Source of the DNA: Candidatus Marinamargulisbacteria bacterium | GTDB taxonomy: Bacteria; Margulisbacteria; Marinamargulisbacteria; UBA817 | DNA length: 64,000 nt | Assembly: GCA_023262965.1 (NCBI GenBank) | Contig: JALQXX010000003.1 | Span: forward strand, 3,996 to 67,995 | Direction: 5' to 3' | Shown: one piece after another, positions 1-9,595 of the stretch | Layout of the letters: the number at the start of each line of letters is the position of its first letter | Numbering within the stretch: the stretch's first letter is position 1 | Notes under the pieces: generated by a model | Seen by the model: the letters and a program-made list of their open reading frames with translations, nothing else | The model's database searches: none | What the model was told of the DNA's origin: nothing | Program-made: the position numbers and the translations under genes

Positions 1-1
1 T

Positions 2-223
2 GGAGATACTTCTATTGCGAAGCTGTCGATTGTAGGGGTTGGCATGATTTCAAAGCCGGGGGTCGCCGCGACCATGTTTCGTGCGTTAGCCCATGCGGGT
101 ATCAACATTCGATTAATTACCACATCGGATATTAAAATATCGTGTGCCATTGATATGGCTGTGGGGGAGGCTGCCTTAAAAGCTCTTCACGAGGCTTTTG
201 ATTTGGCAGCCGCCAATGCTTAG
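2..223 (+). CDS. lysC: Aspartate kinase, C-terminal ACT domain (5'-truncated by window)
   Basis: Manual translation: ...[46 protein letters not shown]...ALHEAFDL, stop TAG 221-223; typical aspartokinase C-terminus; absent from ORF track. Confidence 0.9.
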   Translation, partial: GDTSIAKLSIVGVGMISKPGVAATMFRALAHAGINIRLITTSDIKISCAIDMAVGEAALKALHEAFDLAAANA

Positions 224-791
224 TCAATTCCCCCTATACATACTGTGCTTTGTTTTGGGATGGGTCCCATTGCCCGTGGTCTATCGGTACATTGATCGCC
301 GTTTATCCGCGTCACTAGCCACCCAAATCCCGCAGATATCCCCCGCTCTCTTTGTGTATGTGGGGTACGTCCTCTTGGAGTGTTTTCGGGGCTATGCATT
401 GATGATGGTGGTTCACGAATGGCTCATTTTGGATAGTGACGTCTGGTTGGGGTTGGCTGTTGGTTGGGCAGCCCTATTTTGGCCGCCGGGCATCCCGGCG
501 TCAGACCGATCGCTCCCATTTTGGCCCCATATTGGGGTATTTTTGTATGTATTGCCGGGCTATACGTGGGTATTTCCGCTTACATTTGGGTTGATTTTTG
601 CTATAGGTGGCGGGCCGATACTGTGCTACGGCATGGCCATAATAGCCGTATTGGGCGCCGCTATCTATTCGGGGAGCAACAGTCTATATGTGTTGCTCTA
701 TATCGAATTAATTGTTTTTTTAATTATAAAGTATTTTAACAGCGGTAAAATTCAGTGGAAAAAAAATTGGCCCAAGCGTTATTCGCATTAA
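216..791 (+). CDS. Integral membrane protein, divergent PlsY (glycerol-3-phosphate acyltransferase)-like
   Basis: Multi-[10 protein letters not shown] resembles YLLGSIP and LLECFRG resembles LLDxLKG of PlsY, but the glycine-rich motifs are absent; ATG 216 overlaps lysC end. Confidence 0.45.
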   Translation: MLSQFPLYILCFVLGWVPLPVVYRYIDRRLSASLATQIPQISPALFVYVGYVLLECFRGYALMMVVHEWLILDSDVWLGLAVGWAALFWPPGIPASDRSLPFWPHIGVFLYVLPGYTWVFPLTFGLIFAIGGGPILCYGMAIIAVLGAAIYSGSNSLYVLLYIELIVFLIIKYFNSGKIQWKKNWPKRYSH

Positions 792-798
792 TGGGTGC

Positions 799-827
799 TT
801 GACGAACGGTATTTATCGGTTTAATAT
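799..827 (+). promoter_or_regulatory. Putative sigma70 promoter for rpsB-tsf
   Basis: TTGACG(799-804)-17 nt-TAATAT(822-827), followed by SD AGGAGG ahead of GTG 853. Confidence 0.5.
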
Positions 828-852
828 ACGATTTTGCAAGGAGGCAATATTA

Positions 853-1653
853 GTGGAAAATGAATTGGTAGAAACTGAAGAAATAAACGATAACAATCCG
901 GTATCAATGCGACAGCTGTTGGAATCAGGGGTGCATTTTGGTCATCAAACGCGCCGGTGGAATCCCAAGATGAATCCGTATATTTTTACAGCCCGAAATG
1001 ACATTCATGTCATTGATTTGCAGCAAACACTTGATCTTATCAAATCGGCGTACATTTTTGTTCGTGATGTTGTGTCAAAAAAAGGCACCGTATTATTTGT
1101 TGGCACTAAAAAGCAAGCTCAGGATGCGATTGCTACAGAAGCCCTTCGGTGTAAAATGCCTTATGTGAACCAACGGTGGTTGGGTGGCACATTAACCAAT
1201 AATTTAACCATCAGTAATAGTGTCAAGAAATTGAAACAGTTTGAAAATGATCAACGAGATGGGGTTTTTGATCAGCTATCCAAAAAAGAATCCGCTCGAA
1301 AGCTCAAGAAATTATCACGACTTCAGCACTACTTAGGGGGCATTAAAGACATGCGATATTTGCCTAAGGCGCTTTTTGTTGTGGATACGACTAAAGAAGA
1401 GTTGGCTATTCGGGAGGCAAAGCGTTTGGGGATTCCGGTGATTGGGTTGGTGGATACCAACGGGGATCCATCGGGATTGGATTTTCCCATACCCGGCAAT
1501 GATGATGCCATTCGATCCATCAAGCTTATTTGCGAGATTTTTGCCAATGCGGTGGTATCGGGAACGAATCGTGGAGTGGAACGGGATGACGCGTACACGG
1601 ATGCGGTTTTGGTTGCAGCGGATCGATACGATTCTCACGGAGACGCTAACTAA
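853..1653 (+). CDS. rpsB: 30S ribosomal protein S2
   Basis: LLESGVHFGHQTRRWNPKM, RWLGGTLTN, PIPGNDDAIRSI; GTG start after AGGAGG. Confidence 0.98.
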   Translation: MENELVETEEINDNNPVSMRQLLESGVHFGHQTRRWNPKMNPYIFTARNDIHVIDLQQTLDLIKSAYIFVRDVVSKKGTVLFVGTKKQAQDAIATEALRCKMPYVNQRWLGGTLTNNLTISNSVKKLKQFENDQRDGVFDQLSKKESARKLKKLSRLQHYLGGIKDMRYLPKALFVVDTTKEELAIREAKRLGIPVIGLVDTNGDPSGLDFPIPGNDDAIRSIKLICEIFANAVVSGTNRGVERDDAYTDAVLVAADRYDSHGDAN

Positions 1654-2459
1654 TGGTAACTGCAAAAGACGTTAAAGAACTGCGTGAAAAGACAGGGGTG
1701 GGGATGATGGATTGCAAGCGTGTGTTGGAGGAAACGGGTGGGGATATGGAGGCAGCCATTAAATCTCTGCGAGAAAAGGGGTTGTCAAAAGCAGCTAAAA
1801 AATCGGATCGCTCTACGCAAGAGGGGCGCATTTTTACAAAGACCGATGCCTCCGGTGGTGTGATTATGGAGCTAAATTGTGAGACCGATTTTGTTGCCAA
1901 TAACACCCTATTTCACGATTTGGGGGTCGCCATTGTTGCTGCCATTGCGGCAAACCATCCCGTAGATGTTGCCGCGGTTTTGGCCCTGCCATGCAAGGGA
2001 TCGTTGGTTAGTGAATGCATATCGGACGCGATTCTTCAGTTGGGTGAAAATATTACCGTTGGTGCTTTCAAACGTGTTCAAGGGGCGTATGTATCCGAAT
2101 ACACGCACAGTAACGGCAAGATTGGTGTGTTGGTGGAATTTTCAGCCGCAATAGATGCCAGTATTGGTCGAGACATTGCGATGCAAGTAGCGGCAATGAA
2201 CCCCAGCTATGTATCGCCCGATCAGGTGCCTACTCAGGAAATCGAACGTGAATCTGACATTTTGCGCAAACAGGCCATTGCGGAAGGGAAGCCTCCTGCA
2301 GTTGTGGATAAAATCATTCAAGGACGTTTGCTTAAGTTTTATGCCGAAAACTGTCTGTTAGAGCAGGCGTTTGTAAAGGATCCGCACATGACGGTTAAGG
2401 GATTATTGCCGAAAGGTGTAACCATTGGTACCGTTACCCGCTTATCCTTAGCTGGCTAA
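1653..2459 (+). CDS. tsf: Elongation factor Ts
   Basis: VKELREKTGVGMMDCK, ELNCETDFVA; follows rpsB. Confidence 0.98.
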   Translation: MVTAKDVKELREKTGVGMMDCKRVLEETGGDMEAAIKSLREKGLSKAAKKSDRSTQEGRIFTKTDASGGVIMELNCETDFVANNTLFHDLGVAIVAAIAANHPVDVAAVLALPCKGSLVSECISDAILQLGENITVGAFKRVQGAYVSEYTHSNGKIGVLVEFSAAIDASIGRDIAMQVAAMNPSYVSPDQVPTQEIERESDILRKQAIAEGKPPAVVDKIIQGRLLKFYAENCLLEQAFVKDPHMTVKGLLPKGVTIGTVTRLSLAG

Positions 2460-2461
2460 TT

Positions 2462-3583
2462 GTGCGCACGTATTTTGAAGATACCGAATCACAGCTCTTA
2501 TCGCCACTGGCTGTAAAAAGTGTGGCCTCCAAGGGCCGTGTATATCCCGAGCCATTGGATCCCACCCGGACCTGTTTTCAGCGGGACCGAGACCGTATTG
2601 TTCATGCCAAGTCGTTTCGCCGATTAAAGCACAAAACGCAAGTTGTGGTGGCAACAACGGACCATGATCATATTCGATCTCGGTTAACACACAGTATTGA
2701 GGTATCTCAGATTGCCCGCCACATGGCCCGTTTGTTGCGTTTAAATGAGGATTTAACCGAGGCGATTGCGTTGTCCCACGATTTGGGGCATCCGCCATTT
2801 GGTCATGCCGGCGAAACCATTTTGAACGAATGCATGGCGGCGTATGGGGGATTTGAGCACAATCAGCAATCATTGCGGATTGTGGATGTTTTAGAGTCCA
2901 AGTACCCGATGTTTCCGGGATTAAATTTGAGTTACGAGGTTCGAAAGGGGCTCGAAAAGCACCGAACCCCCGATGCCCCGTACTCGGAAAATGACCCCCC
3001 GTTTCAGTCATTAGAGGCACAAATTGTGAATATTGCGGATGCCATTACGTATACGGCCCACGATGTGGATGATGGGTTGCGGGCCGGAATTTTAAGCGAT
3101 GCAACGTTAACGGCGGCGGTGCCATTATGGCGGGAATACAGTATGGCCGTGAATGCGGCTTACACTCAGTTAACGGCGAACCAGTACCGCAATCTCATGC
3201 ATTCGCGATTGATTACCGATCAAATTCATCATGTTATTCAGTCTGCGCAATCAGCGATTCAGAATTGCGATACACTGGCGAACAAGACGCCGCAAGAGAT
3301 TGCTAGCATGATTGCTTTTCCGCCGGATTTTTATCAAAACATTCAGGTATTGCGACAGCATTTAGCAACCCACTATTATGCTCACCACGATATTTATCGG
3401 GCCAACAAAAAGGGGCAGCGGATGATTCAGTCGTTGTTTCAGGCATTTATGGGGGATATGACACTAATGCCGCGGGCGTATTATGCCAATCGGCAGCATG
3501 AGCCGCAGGCACGTATTGTGTGTGATTATATCTCGGGAATGAGCGATTCTTTTGCGGTAACTGAGTATCAAATGCTGTGTTAA
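2462..3583 (+). CDS. dgt: dGTP triphosphohydrolase (HD domain)
   Basis: FQRDRDRIVHAKSFRRLKHKTQV, RLTHSIEV, HDLGHPPFGHAGE, CDYISGMSD. Confidence 0.93.
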   Translation: MRTYFEDTESQLLSPLAVKSVASKGRVYPEPLDPTRTCFQRDRDRIVHAKSFRRLKHKTQVVVATTDHDHIRSRLTHSIEVSQIARHMARLLRLNEDLTEAIALSHDLGHPPFGHAGETILNECMAAYGGFEHNQQSLRIVDVLESKYPMFPGLNLSYEVRKGLEKHRTPDAPYSENDPPFQSLEAQIVNIADAITYTAHDVDDGLRAGILSDATLTAAVPLWREYSMAVNAAYTQLTANQYRNLMHSRLITDQIHHVIQSAQSAIQNCDTLANKTPQEIASMIAFPPDFYQNIQVLRQHLATHYYAHHDIYRANKKGQRMIQSLFQAFMGDMTLMPRAYYANRQHEPQARIVCDYISGMSDSFAVTEYQMLC

Positions 3584-3642
3584 TGGGTTGATTTTTCAAT
3601 CGTATTCCTATAATATTTTAAGAAAGAGTCAAGGAGGATATT

Positions 3643-3972
3643 ATGACCGTAATTACAGCAACCGATGCCAATTTTTCAAGCGAGGTATTGCAGTCCAAAC
3701 AACCCGTTTTGGTGGATTTTTGGGCCGAATGGTGTGGTCCTTGTCGAATGATGGCGCCTGTCATTGAATCCATTGCTAAAAAATACAGTGGAAAGTTAAA
3801 AGTGTGTAAGTTGGATGCCGACGCCAATCAAAAAAGTGCTGCGGATTACCAAATTACGGGATTACCCTGTTGCATTCTATTTAAATCCGGTCAGGAAGTG
3901 GACCGTATCATTGGATTTCGTGGGGAAGATGATATGGTGGATCAACTTCGCTCCCATATTCCCTTGACATAG
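3643..3972 (+). CDS. trxA: Thioredoxin
   Basis: DFWAEWCGPC; SD AAGGAGG upstream. Confidence 0.97.
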   Translation: MTVITATDANFSSEVLQSKQPVLVDFWAEWCGPCRMMAPVIESIAKKYSGKLKVCKLDADANQKSAADYQITGLPCCILFKSGQEVDRIIGFRGEDDMVDQLRSHIPLT

Positions 3973-4001
3973 ATTTCAGGCCCATCGTTATTTTTTGCGC
4001 C

Positions 4002-4379
4002 TTACTTTTTAAACAGTTGGAATAGATTAAAGGTGGCGTTCGCGTACATACCTAATGCCACGGCCCCCAAACACAGGCTGTGCATGGCCCCCACATAGGC
4101 GATTACGCGACCGTAATGGTGCTGGCGTATCAGTTCCCAAACCTCCCATGAAAACGTTGAAAAGGTGGTTAATGATCCGCAAAAACCAATCCCCATCATC
4201 AACCACAGTCGCCCAGATGCGCTACCGTATAGCCCCCCAATTAAAAAACTGCCCAATACATTCACGGCAAGGGTGGCATACCCGCCGCTCCATCCAGACA
4301 ATAACAGCCCGATCCAATAGCGCAGTCCGGCCCCCACAGCCGCACCTACCATAACATAAATCATTCCGGGTATCGGCAT
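4002..4379 (-). CDS. crcB: Fluoride channel Fluc/CrcB
   Basis: GAGLRY, TLAVNVLGSF, GFCGSLTTFSTF. Confidence 0.93.
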   Translation of the reverse strand: MPIPGMIYVMVGAAVGAGLRYWIGLLLSGWSGGYATLAVNVLGSFLIGGLYGSASGRLWLMMGIGFCGSLTTFSTFSWEVWELIRQHHYGRVIAYVGAMHSLCLGAVALGMYANATFNLFQLFKK

Positions 4380-4384
4380 GCGGC

Positions 4385-4987
4385 CTAATTGGATTGCGCT
4401 AAGGTAAAAAACCGATGTAAATACTTGCCCATCATATCAAATTCCACATTCACTCGATCGCCGACCTGGCGATGGTGCAAAGTCGTACTACGGTGCGTGT
4501 GGGGAATAATATGGCAGGAAAACGCCGTTGTGCTAACATCCACCAAGGTTAGCCCGATACCATCCACAGCAATGGAGCCTTTGGGGATCATAAAGGGCGC
4601 GAAAGCCTTGTCAACGCGCACCCGCAATATATGCCAGTCCCCGTCAATGGTGTAGGCAGTAATCGTACCCGTGTCATCCACGTGTCCCGACACAATATGT
4701 CCACCCAATGGGGTGGTGGGGGTTAAGGCCACTTCCAAATTGACTGGGTCGCCAATAGCGCCGTCTAAAACGGTGGTTTTTTTACAGGTTTCGGGCAAAT
4801 AATCCACCCAAAAGTGCTCCGAATCCCGCCGTACAACCGTACTGCACACCCCATTTATACTGATACTATCCCCCAATGCAAGGGGTGGCTTTAGGTCGCT
4901 CGGGTAGGCAATCGCCATACGACACCCATCCCCCACGGCCTGTCGGTCGGCAATGCGGCCCAAATGGGTTACGATTCCGGTAAACAT
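4385..4987 (-). CDS. ribE: Riboflavin synthase alpha chain
   Basis: N-terminal MFTGIV, GDSISINGVC, GGHIVSGHVD. Confidence 0.96.
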   Translation of the reverse strand: MFTGIVTHLGRIADRQAVGDGCRMAIAYPSDLKPPLALGDSISINGVCSTVVRRDSEHFWVDYLPETCKKTTVLDGAIGDPVNLEVALTPTTPLGGHIVSGHVDDTGTITAYTIDGDWHILRVRVDKAFAPFMIPKGSIAVDGIGLTLVDVSTTAFSCHIIPHTHRSTTLHHRQVGDRVNVEFDMMGKYLHRFFTLAQSN

Positions 4988-5379
4988 GCCTGTTTAACAT
5001 AGGCATCCAATATGCCATTAATAAAGGTCGTCGACTCTTCGGTGGAATACTGTTTGGATAACTCTAAAATCTCGTTAATCACCACCTGAAACGGGGTGCC
5101 AATATAGTGTATTTCGGCAATGGCCATACGCAGCAATGCTTTATCCACATGATTCAAGCGATCCATGTCCCAATGGTGACTGTGTTCAGCAATGGCTGTG
5201 TCAATAACGTCCAAATGCGTCACGGTTTTTTCTGCCAAATCATAGGCCCATGTAACGGTTTCGGGGGCATAAGGATCGGTGTCCAAATCGGCAAACAATA
5301 CCGTTAGATCCGCATTGCGAATGCCAAACTGGTACACCAATCGCATGGCCAATTTACGGCTATTGCTTCGTTTTGACAT
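4969..5379 (-). CDS. nusB: Transcription antitermination factor NusB
   Basis: SRKLAMRLVYQ, VDKALLRMA, VINEILELSKQY, FINGILD. Confidence 0.95.
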   Translation of the reverse strand: MSKRSNSRKLAMRLVYQFGIRNADLTVLFADLDTDPYAPETVTWAYDLAEKTVTHLDVIDTAIAEHSHHWDMDRLNHVDKALLRMAIAEIHYIGTPFQVVINEILELSKQYSTEESTTFINGILDAYVKQACLPES

Positions 5380-6721
5380 GATTGCTCATATAGTCATCAA
5401 TAAATGTGGTGGTCACGTTTCCTTTTATAAATTCAGGATGGTCCAATACCTTTAAATGAAAGGGAATGGTGGTTTTAATGCCATCAATGACAAATTCGTT
5501 AAGTGCCCGTTTGGCCCGTGCAATACAGGCGGTTCGGTCCGGGGCCCATACAATTAATTTGGCCAGTAACGAATCATAGTTGGGGGGGATTTTATACCCC
5601 GGATAGCCATGTGAATCCACACGAATTCCCGGCCCACCCGGCGGTAAAAATAGGTCAATGGTACCTGGCATGGGCATGAAATCCCGGTCCGGGTCCTCTG
5701 CATTAATCCGAAACTCCATCGTGTGACCGTTACGTCGAATCGCCGATTGCGGCATTTGGCAGCGATCCGTCGCCGCAATTTGGAGCTGCTCTTTAATAAG
5801 ATCAATTCCAGTAAGGCACTCAGTAACCGGATGCTCAACCTGAATACGCGTGTTCATTTCCATAAAATAGTATTCTTGTTTATCGTTCACAATAAATTCC
5901 ACTGTTCCCGCACCGCGGTACTGAATTGATTGGGCCGCTTTGATGGCATCATTGGCCATGGATTCGCGTACCGATGCCGATATAAAAGGCGAGGGACTTT
6001 CTTCCAATAATTTTTGATGACGGCGTTGAATGGAGCAATCGCGTTCGAATAAGTGGATACTGTTGCCATGAGGGTCCGATAGCACTTGAATTTCAATATG
6101 GCGGGGATTGGTCACAAATTTTTCGACATACACGGCACCGTTACCAAAAGCGGCGGCGGCTTCCTGAGTTGCGGTGCGAAAGGCCGGTAGCAATTCGGCT
6201 TCGGTATGCACCACCCGCATCCCTTTTCCCCCGCCCCCTGCCGTTGCTTTAATAATAACCGGGTAGCCAATGCGGTCGATAACCGATTTTAAATCGGCCT
6301 CGTTTTCAATTAATCCGTCCGATCCCGGTACAATCGGAACTCCCGCTTTGGCCATGGTATCCCGCGCTGAATTTTTATCGCCCATCCGCTGAATATTCAG
6401 CGGGGTAGCACCAATAAATACAATATTATGATCCGCGCACATCTGCGAAAACACATGGTTTTCCGCTAAAAACCCATACCCGGGGTGGATGGCTTCGGCA
6501 CCCGTTAATTCCGCTGCCGATATAATCGCTTTAATGTTCAAATAACTGTCCTTAGGTGATGGGGGGCCAATGCAAACGGATTCATCCGCCATTTTGACGT
6601 GCAAACTCATGGCGTCCGCTGATGAAAATACGGCCACCGTTTTAATGGATAATTCCCGGCAAGCCCGAATAACGCGAATGGCAATTTCACCCCGATTGGC
6701 TATTAATACTTTTTTAAACAT
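5360..6721 (-). CDS. accC: Acetyl-CoA carboxylase biotin carboxylase subunit
   Basis: VLIANRGEIA, HPGYGFLAEN, GGGGKGMR, EMNTRIQVEHPVTE. Confidence 0.97.
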   Translation of the reverse strand: MFKKVLIANRGEIAIRVIRACRELSIKTVAVFSSADAMSLHVKMADESVCIGPPSPKDSYLNIKAIISAAELTGAEAIHPGYGFLAENHVFSQMCADHNIVFIGATPLNIQRMGDKNSARDTMAKAGVPIVPGSDGLIENEADLKSVIDRIGYPVIIKATAGGGGKGMRVVHTEAELLPAFRTATQEAAAAFGNGAVYVEKFVTNPRHIEIQVLSDPHGNSIHLFERDCSIQRRHQKLLEESPSPFISASVRESMANDAIKAAQSIQYRGAGTVEFIVNDKQEYYFMEMNTRIQVEHPVTECLTGIDLIKEQLQIAATDRCQMPQSAIRRNGHTMEFRINAEDPDRDFMPMPGTIDLFLPPGGPGIRVDSHGYPGYKIPPNYDSLLAKLIVWAPDRTACIARAKRALNEFVIDGIKTTIPFHLKVLDHPEFIKGNVTTTFIDDYMSNHVKTKQ

Positions 6722-6735
6722 ATATACACCTCAAA

Positions 6736-9135
6736 TTAGTTTACTACAAAATTGACCAATCGGTCTTTGACAAAAATGGTTTTTCGAATCGTTTTATTGA
6801 TTAAGTGGGGCTGAATAGCTACGGCGTTTCGTGCTAAATCCACAGCCTCTGCTTCGGGTAAATCGGTAGGCACCTGAATATCACCGCGTCGCTTGCCATT
6901 AATTTGAATGACTAACGGATATGAGTCTGCGGTAAGCCATTCATCGCTGTAGGTGGGCCAAGATTGATCGTGAACACTGCCTTCGCCACCCAAATGTGTC
7001 CAACAGGTTTCGGCAATGAAGGGGGCAAAGGGGGCAATCAATCGCGCCATGGTTTGGGCAACCGCAAGGCTACTCCCTATTTTTTGAATCGCATTCACCA
7101 GTTCCATTAAGGCACTGATGGCGGTATTAAACTGAAACCGCTCAATATCGTGTGTCATTTTTTGAATGGTTTTGTGCAAGGCGCGCTGCAAGTCGGCCGC
7201 ATCGGCTGCCTCAACCGGTTTTTGATCCCAATGAACGGTTGCCGTAAAAAAGCGTTTTAAAAATCGAAATGAGCCCTCAACGCCCGTGTCAGACCAATCC
7301 AAATCCCGTTCGACAGGGGCCCCAAATAAAATGAACAGACGGGCTGTATCGGCGCCGTATTCATCAATAATATGCGCCGGATCCACCGTGTTTCCCAGTG
7401 ATTTGGACATTTTTGCCCCCTCATACAGCACCATTCCCTGACAAACCAGCCGTTTAAAGGGTTCGGACACCCGACACAACCCCAAATCCCGAAGCACTTT
7501 GGTAAAAAATCGCGCATACAACAAATGCAAACAGGCGTGTTCAATCCCGCCAATATACACATCCACTGGCAAGCACGCATCCACGATAGTGGGATCAAAG
7601 GGGGCATCCGCATTAGTTGGGTCACTATATCGATAAAAATACCACGATGAATCAAAAAAGGTGTCCATCGTGTCGGTTTCGCGACGGTACCGCCGACCAT
7701 CCCGGATCACATAACCAAAATCTTCGGATTTCTCAAGGGGGTTGCCCACACCATCAAACACACAATCGGTGGGTAATGTCACGGGCAAATCCCCATCGTC
7801 TACTGCCTGAGGGGTACCCTGTTCATCATAGAGTATGGGGATCGGTGTGCCCCAATACCGTTGTCGTGAAATTAGCCAGTCGCGCAATCGATAATACGGT
7901 TTAATGGTTCCCTTCCCCGATGATACCAGGGTCTGACTAATGGCCGTTTTTGCCGCATCCGTGGTCAAGCCATTGAAGGCCCCCGATTGCACCAAAATAC
8001 CCGGTCCGGTATAGGCCGAGGCCGCTGTGTGCGGGGTGTCGGGATCCTGAATCACCGGAATAATAGGTAAATCATACGCTGTGGCAAAGGCGTAATCCCG
8101 ATCATCATGCGCAGGCACTCCCATAACAGCACCCGTTCCGTAATCCATTAATACATAATTCGCAATCCACAAAGGCACCGATTCACCGGTAATGGGATGA
8201 GCCAGGCGCAAACCGGTATCGATACCGGTTTTGGGGGTTGAGGCATCGCCCCGTTCCGATAACGGTTCGGCCAGAACCGACTGAATATAGGCCATGCAGG
8301 CCTCACGGTTGGGGGACTTGGTCAAATAGGTCATCACAAACGGATGCTCGGGGGCCACAGCGACATACGATACCCCCATTAAGGTATCGGGACGGGTGGT
8401 GAATACCGCGGTGGTTTCGGCGTCAGGATCAAACAAGGGCGTAAAATACACGGTTGTTCCCTCGGATTTTCCAATCCATTGCCGTTGCATATTTTTAACC
8501 CGATCGGGCCATTCGGTGAGTGTGTCCAAATCCCGCAGTAGTTCCTCGGCATAATCGGTAATGCGAATATACCACTGATCAATGTATTTTTGCTCGACAG
8601 GAGCGCCTGACCGCCAGCCTTTCCCGTCAATGACCTGCTCATTGGCCAATACGGTTTGATCAACCGGATCCCAATTAACATACCCGCTTTTGCGGTACAC
8701 CAATCCTTTTTCATAGAATTTTTTAAAAAGCCATTGATTCCAGTGGTAGTACGATGGGCGGGATGTGGACACTTCGCGCCACCAATCGTAGCCCAAGCCC
8801 AATCGCTGCAGTTGATTGCGCATGTGGGCGATGTTTTTTTCGGTCCATTCGAGGGGATTGATGCCGTGGGTAATTGCGGCATTTTCAGCGGGAAGACCAA
8901 AGCTATCAAATCCAATGGGGTGAATCACATCAAAGCCGGCCATGCGATAATAACGCGCTTGAACATCCCCAATGGTGTAATTGCGTACATGCCCCATGTG
9001 TAAGTGCCCCGAGGGGTACGGAAACATTTCTAAAATATATTTTTTAGGGGCATTATCCCGAGAAGGCAGGGGTAGTGTCGCCCATTTTTCAAGAATTTTT
9101 GGCTCAGTAGTCAAGGGCGAATACGTCACAGTCAT
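6736..9135 (-). CDS. leuS: Leucine--tRNA ligase
   Basis: [25 protein letters not shown] editing domain, KMSKS. Confidence 0.98.
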   Translation of the reverse strand: MTVTYSPLTTEPKILEKWATLPLPSRDNAPKKYILEMFPYPSGHLHMGHVRNYTIGDVQARYYRMAGFDVIHPIGFDSFGLPAENAAITHGINPLEWTEKNIAHMRNQLQRLGLGYDWWREVSTSRPSYYHWNQWLFKKFYEKGLVYRKSGYVNWDPVDQTVLANEQVIDGKGWRSGAPVEQKYIDQWYIRITDYAEELLRDLDTLTEWPDRVKNMQRQWIGKSEGTTVYFTPLFDPDAETTAVFTTRPDTLMGVSYVAVAPEHPFVMTYLTKSPNREACMAYIQSVLAEPLSERGDASTPKTGIDTGLRLAHPITGESVPLWIANYVLMDYGTGAVMGVPAHDDRDYAFATAYDLPIIPVIQDPDTPHTAASAYTGPGILVQSGAFNGLTTDAAKTAISQTLVSSGKGTIKPYYRLRDWLISRQRYWGTPIPILYDEQGTPQAVDDGDLPVTLPTDCVFDGVGNPLEKSEDFGYVIRDGRRYRRETDTMDTFFDSSWYFYRYSDPTNADAPFDPTIVDACLPVDVYIGGIEHACLHLLYARFFTKVLRDLGLCRVSEPFKRLVCQGMVLYEGAKMSKSLGNTVDPAHIIDEYGADTARLFILFGAPVERDLDWSDTGVEGSFRFLKRFFTATVHWDQKPVEAADAADLQRALHKTIQKMTHDIERFQFNTAISALMELVNAIQKIGSSLAVAQTMARLIAPFAPFIAETCWTHLGGEGSVHDQSWPTYSDEWLTADSYPLVIQINGKRRGDIQVPTDLPEAEAVDLARNAVAIQPHLINKTIRKTIFVKDRLVNFVVN

Positions 9136-9277
9136 GATGGGTATAATAACGCAAAATGAGGTGAAACACCATGCATTATTCCGGAATGTCCGTAAGGGTA
9201 TGCGGTGGATTCAAAAAACATCGGTTGGTAAGACGTTGCTCGCTATGGTAATATATAAAAAAAAACAGGAGGATACT

Positions 9278-9571
9278 ATGTCAAACGTATTGCAAGAAGA
9301 AAGTTTGAAAAATAATAAATCAACAATTATTGGTGAATTTAAAATTCATGAAACAGATACGGGCTCATCCCAAGTCCAAATTGCTATTTTAACCAAGCGA
9401 ATTAACGATTTGGTGTCGCATTTGAAGGCGCATAAAAAAGACAATCACTCGCGCCGAGGGCTATTGAATCTGGTCAGTCGTCGTCGTCGGTTATTAACGT
9501 ACTTAAGGCGTCACAATTATGATGAGTATATTCGGGTATCCAAGGAATTGGATTTAAAAATAGCCACATAA
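9278..9571 (+). CDS. rpsO: 30S ribosomal protein S15
   Basis: [13 protein letters not shown]...[22 protein letters not shown]; true start ATG 9278 after AGGAGG (ORF track over-extends 5'). Confidence 0.96.
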   Translation: MSNVLQEESLKNNKSTIIGEFKIHETDTGSSQVQIAILTKRINDLVSHLKAHKKDNHSRRGLLNLVSRRRRLLTYLRRHNYDEYIRVSKELDLKIAT

Positions 9572-9595
9572 ATAACGCGTTAAGGAATATTAAGA

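Noticed and set aside
2462..3583. Anti-phage dGTPase defence system
   Set aside because: Ordinary-length dGTPase embedded in the rpsB-tsf housekeeping operon; no defence-island context.
8981..9277. Long N-terminal extension of rpsO in the ORF track
   Set aside because: Overlaps leuS antisense; the strong SD points to ATG 9278.
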